DNA of 64,000 nt from a virus. Positions 1-8,900 of this stretch are shown here, one piece after another (within the stretch, counting starts at the first letter, position 1; every line of letters begins with the position of its first letter). Both the position numbers and the translations under genes were made by a program. The stretch lies in the IMG/VR virus record IMGVR_UViG_3300048606_000054. One strand, written 5' to 3'. Under the pieces are notes generated by a model. It did no database searches and was not told the DNA's origin. It worked only from the letters and a program-made list of their open reading frames with translations.

Positions 1-94
1 TTAGGGATTGTATTTTGTTGTCAACCTTGGCTATCATCTTGGAAACAGAACCATATTCCCGGTTAATGTCATCTATTGTCTTCTTGTCTGTCAT
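1..94 (-). CDS. Hypothetical protein, 5' part only (runs off the left edge)
   Basis: ATG at 94-92, 3 nt after the stop of the 98..277 ORF; reads MTDKKTIDDINREYGSVSKMIAKVDNKIQSL with no stop. Confidence 0.45.
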   Translation of the reverse strand, partial: MTDKKTIDDINREYGSVSKMIAKVDNKIQSL

Positions 95-97
95 GGC

Positions 98-277
98 TTA
101 TTCTTTTTTGTATCCGTTTGAAGTTGCCCATTCCCCCAATTGTATATCATCAAATACATCATCAGGATCAAGGTTATTTCGCATCCATTGGATAGCATGA
201 TCAAGGGCGGCTTTTTGTATTTTTGAGTAAGCGTGAAGTTCGTCTGCAAAGTCTTGATCTTGTGTTGCTGTAGGCAT
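98..277 (-). CDS. Hypothetical 59-aa phage protein (not in ORF track)
   Basis: Hand translation MPTATQDQDFADELHAYSKIQKAALDHAIQWMRNNLDPDDVFDDIQLGEWATSNGYKKE; fills the gap in the minus-strand operon. Confidence 0.6.
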   Translation of the reverse strand: MPTATQDQDFADELHAYSKIQKAALDHAIQWMRNNLDPDDVFDDIQLGEWATSNGYKKE

Positions 278-281
278 AGTA

Positions 282-773
282 TTATTTATTTATAAATTCA
301 ATGATTTTTATCGGAGTGGTAGTTCCGTCACTATTCTTTGACCAGTTTTCCAATGGATGTTTTATGCAGCTTCTGCTTGGATTAAAGTCCTCTGGAACTA
401 TCATTACGATCTTAGCTCCAATTTTTGTTACTTCTGTAATATGTTCAAGGTGCGCTATCAGGTCAATACCATTGCCAAATGGAGGATTATCTATACAGTA
501 GTCATACTCCCCGGATGAATAATGTTCCAAGAAATCTCCAGAAAACACTTTGTCGCACACTTCCTCTAACTCATCGTACCTGTCATTGTCTAATTCAACT
601 GCATCAATCACTACGCTTCCGCCATACTTCTTTCTGAGAGCTTTTACTAAAGCGCCATTACCGGCATGAGGCTCAATAAACGTAGACCCATCCTCAACCT
701 TCCCAAACAGGTTAACCATGTAATCGGCTACATCTGGAGGGGTAAAAAACTTAGAATAGTCTCTCTTTGGCAT
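282..773 (-). CDS. Short N6-adenine DNA methyltransferase-like protein
   Basis: FFTPPDVA, motif I FIEPHAGNG, motif IV DNPPF in gamma-class order. Confidence 0.75.
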   Translation of the reverse strand: MPKRDYSKFFTPPDVADYMVNLFGKVEDGSTFIEPHAGNGALVKALRKKYGGSVVIDAVELDNDRYDELEEVCDKVFSGDFLEHYSSGEYDYCIDNPPFGNGIDLIAHLEHITEVTKIGAKIVMIVPEDFNPSRSCIKHPLENWSKNSDGTTTPIKIIEFINK

Positions 774-810
774 ATTGTTATTTCTTTACTGGTTCTGTGG
801 TTATAAATTT

Positions 811-1086
811 TTATTTTTCGTAAGCCAATTTTGCTAGTTGAAATCCGGAGCAGGGTTTGTCTGCACATTTAAAGTCATGTGTATGGCAATTGAATTTTCC
901 TTCTGACATTAAAGCACCTGCTGCTAAATCCGCTGCAACAAAATAGCAAAGCGTATGAGGTTGCTCCCATTTAAAGGCGCAGGTATCACACATTTTTCCG
1001 CACTGGCCAAGTAGCCCTTTAGCTTTGGCAACTTTGGCTCCTTTCTTCGCCATTTCTGATATACACTTAGCATAGCTTGTGATCAT
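811..1086 (-). CDS. Cys-rich hypothetical protein
   Basis: CxxC (CDTC) and further Cys/His; tightly packed in operon. Confidence 0.55.
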   Translation of the reverse strand: MITSYAKCISEMAKKGAKVAKAKGLLGQCGKMCDTCAFKWEQPHTLCYFVAADLAAGALMSEGKFNCHTHDFKCADKPCSGFQLAKLAYEK

Positions 1087-1089
1087 GGC

Positions 1090-1779
1090 TTATTCGACTG
1101 TTTTTAAAACGTTGCCTTCGTGAATAAATGTCTTAATACCTATGTCCTTTAATATATTTTGAACTATGCTTTTTGCTACTCCGAATTTAAACTTATGGAG
1201 ATTTCCAGGAAGCCATTGCTCCAGAGTGCTTCCATAAGTCTTCCCTGCACCCATCCAATCGGCTATCATTTCCAACACATATATGGCTGGCATTGCTATT
1301 GGCTCCAATTCCCCCGATCTGTTAGGGTTAAACCAATACTCTGGATGGTGAGGGTTGTTCATTTTATGGTGATGCCATGCGATCTCAAAACCTTCTTTAC
1401 CGTGACCCGTCTCCCTATTGTACATAGCATATCCAAAAACCTCATTGGCAGAAAACTTCGATAGGTCGTGAGTCCATAGGTTATCTAAAAACAACTCCTT
1501 TTCTTCACCTAGTTTGAGGTAGTCTTTAAACCATTCTTGGGCGGCCAGATGCACCCCAGACTCGTATACAGCTATTTTGTGAGGAATCACCACCTTATTT
1601 AGATAATCGGTAACCCCAAAGTAATACCAGTCATCGTGGTACGCAAAATCGTCTACAACATACCTGGAGAACAATATATTGGCCAACTCATCAGGATCGC
1701 CTCCAACCTGATCAGTGAAATTTTTAATGATGTTCTTTGTCCATGCTTCCTTCATTTGAAGACTCTTTCTATATAACAT
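1090..1779 (-). CDS. DUF5662-like HD-type metal-dependent phosphohydrolase
   Basis: HDLSKFS...HHHKMNNPHHPEYW...LEMIADWMGAG motif set. Confidence 0.65.
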   Translation of the reverse strand: MLYRKSLQMKEAWTKNIIKNFTDQVGGDPDELANILFSRYVVDDFAYHDDWYYFGVTDYLNKVVIPHKIAVYESGVHLAAQEWFKDYLKLGEEKELFLDNLWTHDLSKFSANEVFGYAMYNRETGHGKEGFEIAWHHHKMNNPHHPEYWFNPNRSGELEPIAMPAIYVLEMIADWMGAGKTYGSTLEQWLPGNLHKFKFGVAKSIVQNILKDIGIKTFIHEGNVLKTVE

Positions 1780-1785
1780 AATGTC

Positions 1786-2031
1786 CTATTTTGTGGTTAT
1801 AAAATCTTTCATCCAAAATTCTGGCTTCTGATACTTATAATTGGGATGGGTATTACTAGTAAGGAGGACAGCCGCATAACAGGTCTCAGAAGCTAGAAAA
1901 TCCTTCCCGCACCCATCACATCTAAGGTCTCCTATGGGTTTACCTGGAATGGATTCATATAGTTCTCCAAACTCCTTGGCTGAAGCAGCCATTTCTCTGT
2001 TACATTTTTCGCAATGAATGTAGCGTGCCAT
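1786..2031 (-). CDS. Small zinc-finger-like protein
   Basis: CEKC...CDGC. Confidence 0.55.
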   Translation of the reverse strand: MARYIHCEKCNREMAASAKEFGELYESIPGKPIGDLRCDGCGKDFLASETCYAAVLLTSNTHPNYKYQKPEFWMKDFITTK

Positions 2032-2033
2032 TA

Positions 2034-2216
2034 CTATTTGTTTTTAAGTTTTGATATTTCTTGTTCCAACTTTGCTATCCTTTCGTTTTGCGCTTTCTTT
2101 TCCGTATTTCGTTTATAGCAATTATTGCATCTCCATCCTGGAAAAGGAAGACTATATCCAGTTGGCGCTAACGCCCCTCCACAATACGGACATTTTGGTT
2201 TACTGAACCACCCCAT
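2034..2216 (-). CDS. Zn-ribbon plus coiled-coil small protein
   Basis: CPYC...CNNC followed by heptad-like tail. Confidence 0.55.
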   Translation of the reverse strand: MGWFSKPKCPYCGGALAPTGYSLPFPGWRCNNCYKRNTEKKAQNERIAKLEQEISKLKNK

Positions 2217-2572
2217 TATTTCCGATTTTTAAGGTCGTATAATTCCTTGGCCATAGATTTGTTTTCTTCTTCAAAATGAGCATAGTTATATTTTGAAGCC
2301 TCATAGTTCTCCATTTTATCTGTTAGCAACTTGACCCTATCGGTTGCCTTTTTAAGACGGTCAATCCAGGATGCTATTGGCTGTAGGTTTTCGGTTTCAT
2401 CTATGTCCCTGCTATGGCAACAAGGGCAGTAAATGTCATCATAATCGCCAGTATCGGCTATTTGACGACCTCCATCGGCGTTCCCACTGCTACCTATCCA
2501 CCCGCAGATATTGCACTCGGCTGGAAAATAGCTCTTCTCATCTTCTGGTATTATTCTTACAATTAGTTCCAT
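2216..2572 (-). CDS. Zn-ribbon hypothetical protein
   Basis: CNICGW...CPCCHS; 1-nt overlap with next gene. Confidence 0.55.
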   Translation of the reverse strand: MELIVRIIPEDEKSYFPAECNICGWIGSSGNADGGRQIADTGDYDDIYCPCCHSRDIDETENLQPIASWIDRLKKATDRVKLLTDKMENYEASKYNYAHFEEENKSMAKELYDLKNRK

Positions 2573-2575
2573 GAA

Positions 2576-2782
2576 TTATTTCTTTTTAATTAATTCCCTT
2601 CTTTCCAGGTAAACTACTCTGTAATTAAAGTTTCTCTCCTCCTCCTTGGCTATGTGCCATTGTTCTGCTTCTGGTTTATTTGCGCTTTCACATATGAGCT
2701 TATTGCCTTCTGAATAAGAAACAGGTCTTAATTCAAGTCTTCGGTATTTGGGTTTGCGTTTGAAGATGGAGAGTATATTCAT
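2576..2782 (-). CDS. Hypothetical protein
   Basis: ATGA overlap with upstream gene, operon packing. Confidence 0.5.
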   Translation of the reverse strand: MNILSIFKRKPKYRRLELRPVSYSEGNKLICESANKPEAEQWHIAKEEERNFNYRVVYLERRELIKKK

Positions 2783-3201
2783 TTCAGGAGTCTTTTATAA
2801 ATTTCTGTGGTCACATAGTCGATCAAATATGCATAGCATTCGTCGGTTTTCTCAATTTCTAATGGAATACCCATTCTCCATAATATAAAAGAACAAGCGT
2901 GAAAAACCTCATGAGCTAATATTCCTTGCCATCTTACTACATCCGGATAATGCTTTAATCTTATTACTGTTTGATGGCCTGTTGAAAAGTTTATTGTTCT
3001 GCCATCTGTTGTATTTCCCAAATTGAGAATGCCGGGGTCGGTTTCCAAGTCTTTTAAACAATTGGGTGGCATATGCCTTCTGAGTGCTTTTTGGAATGCC
3101 TCATCGGTTTCCCCAATACTTACCATTATATCAAAAGGATAGACAACAAGGGGAATAACAAAATTTAATGCCCTTGGCTTACTTGTTTTTCTTTTAACCA
3201 T
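2779..3201 (-). CDS. HExxH-motif (zincin-like) hypothetical protein
   Basis: ILAHEVFHA...ECYAYL. Confidence 0.55.
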   Translation of the reverse strand: MVKRKTSKPRALNFVIPLVVYPFDIMVSIGETDEAFQKALRRHMPPNCLKDLETDPGILNLGNTTDGRTINFSTGHQTVIRLKHYPDVVRWQGILAHEVFHACSFILWRMGIPLEIEKTDECYAYLIDYVTTEIYKRLLK

Positions 3202-3350
3202 TTTTCTGCTTCCTCCTGAGTGTCAAATTGAGCCATTCCCTTTCCATAATCTTGGGCTGACCTTATTTTAATTGAATAAACTTTGAGCCGATTATAATGA
3301 CCTATGGCAACATAATAATACACATCCCCTATCTCATACCCGTTTTTCAT
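3165..3350 (-). CDS. Hypothetical protein
   Basis: ATGA coupling to the FtsK-fusion stop. Confidence 0.45.
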   Translation of the reverse strand: MKNGYEIGDVYYYVAIGHYNRLKVYSIKIRSAQDYGKGMAQFDTQEEAEKWLKEKQVSQGH

Positions 3351-5443
3351 GCTTCTACGGGCTTATAAAACGCCTGGAATCTAACTGTACTCTTATACTC
3401 TGGGGATTTAATTAGGCCATCTCCTTTACCCGCAAGGCTTTCTGCGCCTGCCTCATCCAAGACCACCCTGGAATCTGCTTCTTTTGGAACCATAAAGCAT
3501 ACCCTTATTGGAAAATTGACCTTGGCATCTCCTGTTATTACTTTAACAGACGCTCTTTGCGTGGCTGCCATAACCCGGTAGCCGGTTGATCTGCCCTTTT
3601 GTAAAAGAATACGCAGGTTTTCTTCCAAAGGCTTTATTTCATCAATTTTCATACGCTTCGTCTTTGGAACTCCGGTTGCATACGTCCCGTCTTCCACTAT
3701 CTCATAAACATCAAGAGCCTTACCACTCCTTGAATTGGCTACCGCATCTGCAAACTCATCAAATATGACAAGCGTTTTCTTCTTTTTGCCTTTGCTTATC
3801 AACTTATTCATTTCTTTGACCAAAGAGATCATTTTCTCCTCTATCTCAAGAATATCGTTTATAACGGTTAGTCCCTGGGCCTTCAAGTCCAAAAACTCGA
3901 ATTTGGGATCGAGAATTATTATTTCATCTACCCCTGCTATTTTAGCATATTCAATGGCAGTCCTTACCAATACGGATTTACCACTACCTACTTGGCCGCA
4001 AACAAGGGCATTGGGCGTAGACTCATTATCTAAATCCCACACAATGGTGTTTCCAAAGTTGTCTTTACCCAATGGCAGCTTCCTTTCTTTTAATTCTGAT
4101 ACATCGAATAACAGGTCTTTTTCCCGCTTTTTGGCAACCTCTACGGCCATATATGATCTTTCTTCATGCACAACAAGATCGGTTGCCATTCGAACATTCG
4201 ATACGTTTAATGCATTTGCCAGATCGAGACGGTGCGAATAAATGGAAGCAATTTTAACTCCTGCGGAAAATTTCAACAGGAACGTGTCACTTGAATACCC
4301 ATTTAATTCATGGGCTACTTCTACAATTGTCCCAAAACTTCGTAAAACGTGTTCTATCTTTTGGGGCTTTGACATATCGGCCATACTTATATCGTATTGA
4401 ATGAATTTTGATGCGTTCTCTTTGAAATTTCTAATAATCTTGGGGCTTATTGTGTTTATGGAAGTATCTCTTATTTTCTTAAGCCTCCTTGAAATCAATT
4501 CCTTTTTGGAGTCATCCACATTGAAGTCTTCAACTTCCGCAATCATTGTTCTCGCCCAGAAATCATACAGTTCGGCTTTATCTACAAAATTGTCGTCATT
4601 ATTTATCAGGTAAACGTAATCTGGATCGCCAACAGCTTCTACCATTTTTTTCAAAGGCTCATACAGAAGCGCCTCATACAACCTGCGCACATCTTCATCA
4701 AGTATCAGTTTGAAATCCCTTAACTGAGAAGATTTGTCTTTATTTTCTGATGTCTTATTTTCAATGAACCATACCTGATCTACCGGAACACCGGTTTTCG
4801 CTTCATAGCATTTCACATAAGTAATAGCCTGGGTTCCTATTGTCAGAGCGACTTCATCATCTCCAGAATATGCAGCCTTTGATTTGTGATCTATTACTAC
4901 AATCTGACCGCTATGTGTTCTTATTACCAGATCAATCATAGCGTGGCATGGTAAAGGAATATCCACTCCATTTATAACCAGAAACTCATTACAATACAAT
5001 TCTACACCCAGAACCTCTGCGCAATCATCCTCATACACATGCTTTTCTGCCATGAAACTTTTCAGCAAAAGAGTAACAACCTTCGTCGCCTTCATCTTGC
5101 ATTCCTCTACAGTTGGGGCGGTTTTTTGCAGCTTCCAGGCATTAGCTGGCACTTCATCAATATGGGCAAATGCGGCCTGTTCCAGTTCAACTAACCCAAC
5201 TTCTACTCCTACCTTCTTCTGACTGAAGTAGTAATTAAGAGCCGCGTGGTAAGCCTTACCAGCTATTGATGAGGCAGAGCTTTTAGAATGAACCCCAAAG
5301 ACATAGTTCATTTCAAAGGCTTTCTGGTTACGGGTAAATCCGGCAACCTTGGAATAGCTCCAACTCTCTACCAAGAAATTGCTGAACAATTCTTCAAACT
5401 GATCCTTGGTGTAACTCTTATATATGCTTTCTGTTGTGTTCAT
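3347..5443 (-). CDS. PD-(D/E)XK (RecB/Cas4-like) nuclease fused to FtsK/SpoIIIE ATPase
   Basis: N-term SYSK...GKAYH...IDLV...IDHKS...Q...Y nuclease motifs; C-term LPLGKD, CGQVGSGKS (Walker A), IFDEFAD (Walker B), GRSTG, ATQR, GAESLAGKGDGL. Confidence 0.85.
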   Translation of the reverse strand: MNTTESIYKSYTKDQFEELFSNFLVESWSYSKVAGFTRNQKAFEMNYVFGVHSKSSASSIAGKAYHAALNYYFSQKKVGVEVGLVELEQAAFAHIDEVPANAWKLQKTAPTVEECKMKATKVVTLLLKSFMAEKHVYEDDCAEVLGVELYCNEFLVINGVDIPLPCHAMIDLVIRTHSGQIVVIDHKSKAAYSGDDEVALTIGTQAITYVKCYEAKTGVPVDQVWFIENKTSENKDKSSQLRDFKLILDEDVRRLYEALLYEPLKKMVEAVGDPDYVYLINNDDNFVDKAELYDFWARTMIAEVEDFNVDDSKKELISRRLKKIRDTSINTISPKIIRNFKENASKFIQYDISMADMSKPQKIEHVLRSFGTIVEVAHELNGYSSDTFLLKFSAGVKIASIYSHRLDLANALNVSNVRMATDLVVHEERSYMAVEVAKKREKDLLFDVSELKERKLPLGKDNFGNTIVWDLDNESTPNALVCGQVGSGKSVLVRTAIEYAKIAGVDEIIILDPKFEFLDLKAQGLTVINDILEIEEKMISLVKEMNKLISKGKKKKTLVIFDEFADAVANSRSGKALDVYEIVEDGTYATGVPKTKRMKIDEIKPLEENLRILLQKGRSTGYRVMAATQRASVKVITGDAKVNFPIRVCFMVPKEADSRVVLDEAGAESLAGKGDGLIKSPEYKSTVRFQAFYKPVEA

Positions 5444-5880
5444 GGTAGTACTGGTTTGCCGTTTTTCTTTTTTGGAGAATTATCCAATTCTTTCATCCTT
5501 TTATCGTAGGCTTTTTGAAGATCAGGCTTGCCTTTTATAAGCCACTTATATGTTATAAGGGTTTTCAAATCTGGAGAAGACAATATGGCTTCCGGAGTGA
5601 CCCCTATTTTAATCTCCTCTTTTTTCTTTACTCCATTTGTAATGGCAGCTTGCATTGGCGTTCCATACGGAGGAGCCGTAATTGTCATTGCCTCCAAATC
5701 TATCCCGGTTGGGAATTTCATTTCCTTAAAAGCCTCGTTCACTTTAGCTCTCAGAATTTGATAGCACTCGGTTAAATCCTCTTTGTCAGAATCAACCGTA
5801 GCATCAGCCGTAAGCCTTATATTCTTGTATTGAATAGAGGTTGGAAACGTTTCCTCATATTTAATGGAAGTTATTTTCAT
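5440..5880 (-). CDS. Hypothetical protein
   Basis: 146-aa ORF translationally coupled to FtsK fusion. Confidence 0.6.
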   Translation of the reverse strand: MKITSIKYEETFPTSIQYKNIRLTADATVDSDKEDLTECYQILRAKVNEAFKEMKFPTGIDLEAMTITAPPYGTPMQAAITNGVKKKEEIKIGVTPEAILSSPDLKTLITYKWLIKGKPDLQKAYDKRMKELDNSPKKKNGKPVLP

Positions 5881-5891
5881 TCTGCACTTAT

Positions 5892-6167
5892 TTACATTCT
5901 GTACAAAGCAAATACCTCATCACTGCATGGGAATATTGATCGGATGTTTGATTCTCTTGTCACCTTATCTCCATTTTCCGCAATCCACTCTATTCCTCTT
6001 TCGGGGAAATGACAGTATATGGCCCAGTCATCATACCCCAGACCTTTTTTGCAGACAAACATCAGTTTAGGCCAAGCTCCGTTAAGCCTTTCAACTGTAT
6101 GATACTCGGTGATTACTGTTCGGAATATCTCTCCTGGAGGTATTCCCTGAAATTCCTGTAGTGTCAT
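5892..6167 (-). CDS. Hypothetical phage protein
   Basis: Operon packing; globular composition. Confidence 0.55.
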   Translation of the reverse strand: MTLQEFQGIPPGEIFRTVITEYHTVERLNGAWPKLMFVCKKGLGYDDWAIYCHFPERGIEWIAENGDKVTRESNIRSIFPCSDEVFALYRM

Positions 6168-6417
6168 TCTTGTAAAACTTTTGCGTTAAATAATATTGCA
6201 ATCCGCGCTCACTTTCCTTTGCCAAATATTTGTGAGCCACCAGCCTGCTCCTCATCCTGATAATTGTTCTAATTGAAACCTTGAATATTTCTTCCAACTC
6301 AGGCAACTCCCAGTTTTCCTTACGCTCATATAGCAATAGCATGGCGTATTCTGAAAAGGATAGCTCAGTATCTTTGAAATGCTTTAAATTAAACTGTAGG
6401 GTTATGGAATTGGGCAT
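6091..6417 (-). CDS. Winged-helix/HTH DNA-binding protein
   Basis: ELEEIFKVSIRTIIRMRSRLVAHKYL HTH-wing pattern. Confidence 0.6.
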   Translation of the reverse strand: MPNSITLQFNLKHFKDTELSFSEYAMLLLYERKENWELPELEEIFKVSIRTIIRMRSRLVAHKYLAKESERGLQYYLTQKFYKNDTTGISGNTSRRDIPNSNHRVSYS

Positions 6418-6576
6418 TTATGGTTGCTTTGATTGAAGGAACTTTTTTACATTCTCAAACGCTTCGATCTGGCCTAAATAATTATTAATTTTTGCCTCAC
6501 TAAACCATTCGTCAGCTTCCAATTGCTTATACTTTGCTATTTGCTCGTCAATATATTTTATTAGCTCTTCTGTCAT
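6418..6576 (-). CDS. Hypothetical 52-aa protein (not in ORF track)
   Basis: MTEELIKYIDEQIAKYKQLEADEWFSEAKINNYLGQIEAFENVKKFLQSKQP; ATGA overlap upstream, TAAATG junction downstream. Confidence 0.6.
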   Translation of the reverse strand: MTEELIKYIDEQIAKYKQLEADEWFSEAKINNYLGQIEAFENVKKFLQSKQP

Positions 6577-6827
6577 TTATGTTGTGATTGATGGGTTAGA
6601 AATAGACCGTACAATTCTTCGGTAGTACCGATTAGTTTAGCGCCATCGTACCACACATCTCCAGCAGGATTCTTTATGTATCCTTTTTGAAATACCCACT
6701 TAACAAAAGCTATTGCCTGAGATTTAGCGTAGTCATCCATTGAACAAAATAGGTCTATCGTTACACTGCCTCCAAATCTGCCAGCATAATTTCCAAGATA
6801 ACTTTCTAGTATTGCTTCCTTTGTCAT
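6573..6827 (-). CDS. Hypothetical protein
   Basis: Operon packing. Confidence 0.55.
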   Translation of the reverse strand: MTKEAILESYLGNYAGRFGGSVTIDLFCSMDDYAKSQAIAFVKWVFQKGYIKNPAGDVWYDGAKLIGTTEELYGLFLTHQSQHK

Positions 6828-6840
6828 GTGGTGATGGGTA

Positions 6841-8508
6841 TTAATTAAACAATTCGTCAGATGCTTTTGCCGATTTTGGTGTAGTGGTAATGAGATTATT
6901 ACTGCGAAGAGTTGATAAGTAAGTCCCGAATGATCCGGATGAACTGCTCATGTTAACGGCTGCTCCCAAATCTTCTTTGGACATTTCATTCGGATAGGAT
7001 GCAGCTAATGTTCTAAGTATCCTGGCAGCCCCACTCTTGTCGCCAATTATTCCGCACCATAAGTTTACCAATTGCTCTGGATCAGTAGGCAATGGATCAA
7101 CGTCTCCAGCCTGATCTAACCCATGCTCGGTAATAGTAAACACGTTGCCATCCTGTACCAATAAACCCCCAGACCTCAAAGTGCTCAGGTATGTTCCAAA
7201 AGACCCGCTGGTGGGACTCAGCCTTGAAAGCGTGGCCATCTTTGTTTTGGTTATAGGGTTTGGATGAAGCATAGCCGCTGCCTTCAACATTCTCATTGCC
7301 CCTCCAGTAATGGCTCCATTGGACTGCCTTGGTTGATGATCAATGATCATTGGTTTCTTTATATTGACAAATGGAACTTCTTTTTTAGGCTGTTGAATTA
7401 CTACAAGGTTTAACATTTTGGGATCAACCTTAACCTCTTTGAAATCACCTATCATTCCTTTGATCTTATTCAAAAGACTGGTGCGGCCATCCAATTCCTT
7501 CTTCAATGCATTTACGAGTACCTTATGCTCTTTTAAATTCTGCTGCAATTGAACAACCTGAGATTGCAATTTTGGATCAGGCGCATTAACCTGTGGCTTA
7601 CGATTGCCAAGTTCAGATTTAAGCCTTTTTATCTCAGCTTGATATTCCTTTTTTGTAGCCAATTCTTTTTCTGCTTCTTCCGGTATATCCTCCAGCTTGG
7701 AAAGTATTTTTTTAATGGCCGCAGGCGTGGGAGGAGCAGATGTTAATTTGCTTCCTGATTTTATATGAGTTGTTTTGACTTTTGATACCTTAAATTTCAC
7801 AATCTCCTTACTGATTGCGGGCCCAAACGCATAGAACTCTCCAGGATTAAGATTTCTTAGATTTTGTATTTCCTCTTTTGTACGCAGCCCAAGCTCATCC
7901 CCAACCCTTTTCTGATCCAATGGGAGGCTTGTACTCCCCATCATTTTATTCTTACATTGAGCCGCCGCACTCTTGCTCAAAATGCTTATTCGCAAGGTTG
8001 CAATGATCGCACAGAGTCCACGCTTTCGCCCCCTTGTACATAAGTCCATAACGGCATAATAAGAAATTGCTCTCTTATCTTCAGGCACAAATAATTGTCC
8101 TTCGTCTAAATAAACCAAACAGGAATGGCGGAGGTGCTTTGGGGCTTCCATTAGCGCCTCACAGAAGACCTTTACAAACTGCTCCCGTTCGTGCTGTTTA
8201 AATTCATATAGGTCAATAATAACGGAAATGCCCGTCTCCAATAGTTTGTGGGCAAGCGCCTCTGCATATCGAAGGTTTAATGGAATATCACCACCACTTT
8301 TACTGACCAAGGCAAAGGGATATTTTTCACGAAGAGTAATAAAATCTCCTTCCGGGTCGATTATGATCTGCTGCACCTTCCCGGAACACTCTTCCGCGAT
8401 CTTCCTTATTGTCCATGACTTACCAGACCCGCTATCCGCTTCAATGAGCAGTTTGGTTTCAATGAAAGTTTCAAGATCAATCGGTATTCCTATGTTAATC
8501 TTGCTCAT
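6841..8508 (-). CDS. HerA/DUF87-like P-loop ATPase with coiled coil and two C-terminal winged-helix repeats
   Basis: EADSGSGKS (Walker A), IIIDPEGD, LDEGQ (Walker B), RGRKRG; duplicated SGSFGTYLSTLRS. Confidence 0.75.
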   Translation of the reverse strand: MSKINIGIPIDLETFIETKLLIEADSGSGKSWTIRKIAEECSGKVQQIIIDPEGDFITLREKYPFALVSKSGGDIPLNLRYAEALAHKLLETGISVIIDLYEFKQHEREQFVKVFCEALMEAPKHLRHSCLVYLDEGQLFVPEDKRAISYYAVMDLCTRGRKRGLCAIIATLRISILSKSAAAQCKNKMMGSTSLPLDQKRVGDELGLRTKEEIQNLRNLNPGEFYAFGPAISKEIVKFKVSKVKTTHIKSGSKLTSAPPTPAAIKKILSKLEDIPEEAEKELATKKEYQAEIKRLKSELGNRKPQVNAPDPKLQSQVVQLQQNLKEHKVLVNALKKELDGRTSLLNKIKGMIGDFKEVKVDPKMLNLVVIQQPKKEVPFVNIKKPMIIDHQPRQSNGAITGGAMRMLKAAAMLHPNPITKTKMATLSRLSPTSGSFGTYLSTLRSGGLLVQDGNVFTITEHGLDQAGDVDPLPTDPEQLVNLWCGIIGDKSGAARILRTLAASYPNEMSKEDLGAAVNMSSSSGSFGTYLSTLRSNNLITTTPKSAKASDELFN

Positions 8509-8714
8509 TTTTTCAATGGTTTGGATTTGATCATTTTATGCCTGTAGCCTCTTAATCTGTGATACGTTGCGCTTGGAGACTTCAGCTTTAATATTATTTG
8601 GAGTTCCCGATAGCTTGGGGGATACTTATAGAGAGCAATAAACTTATCAACAGCCTCTCTTGCTTCCTTTTGCTTTGCAGTTACCCGCAGCTTTTTTCTT
8701 GTTTTTTCTTGCAT
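8505..8714 (-). CDS. LexA-type DNA-binding domain protein lacking the S24 peptidase domain
   Basis: TAKQKE...KYPPSYRELQIILKLKSPSATYHRL matches the LexA N-terminal wHTH. Confidence 0.7.
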   Translation of the reverse strand: MQEKTRKKLRVTAKQKEAREAVDKFIALYKYPPSYRELQIILKLKSPSATYHRLRGYRHKMIKSKPLKK

Positions 8715-8724
8715 ACTATTCCGT

Positions 8725-8765
8725 GTTCTATAGAACGAATATAGAACAATTCCTGAAACTCCAAA
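8725..8765 (-). promoter_or_regulatory. Bacteroidota-type promoter with overlapping palindromic operator
   Basis: Minus strand TTTG-N18-TATATTCG; palindrome GTTCTATAGAAC (8725-8736) and GAAC-N7-GAAC (8733-8747) overlap it. Confidence 0.55.
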
Positions 8766-8780
8766 ATGTTTTTTTAAAAT

Positions 8781-8809
8781 AAAAAACCTCCGGAGATCAA
8801 ACCGGAGGC
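8781..8809 (-). terminator. Intrinsic terminator
   Basis: CCTCCGG-8nt-CCGGAGG followed by T6 on minus strand. Confidence 0.75.
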
Positions 8810-8842
8810 TGTACCAATAACTGAAAAGAATACCGAAAACAG

Positions 8843-8871
8843 AAAAACCGACCTCAAATTAATGAGGCCGG
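8843..8871 (-). terminator. Intrinsic terminator (tandem with 8781)
   Basis: CCGGCCTCA-TTAATT-TGAGGTCGG-TTTTT, 9-bp stem with one GU pair. Confidence 0.65.
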
Positions 8872-8900
8872 AGTATTATAATGGAATGGCCTAAAGAGAA

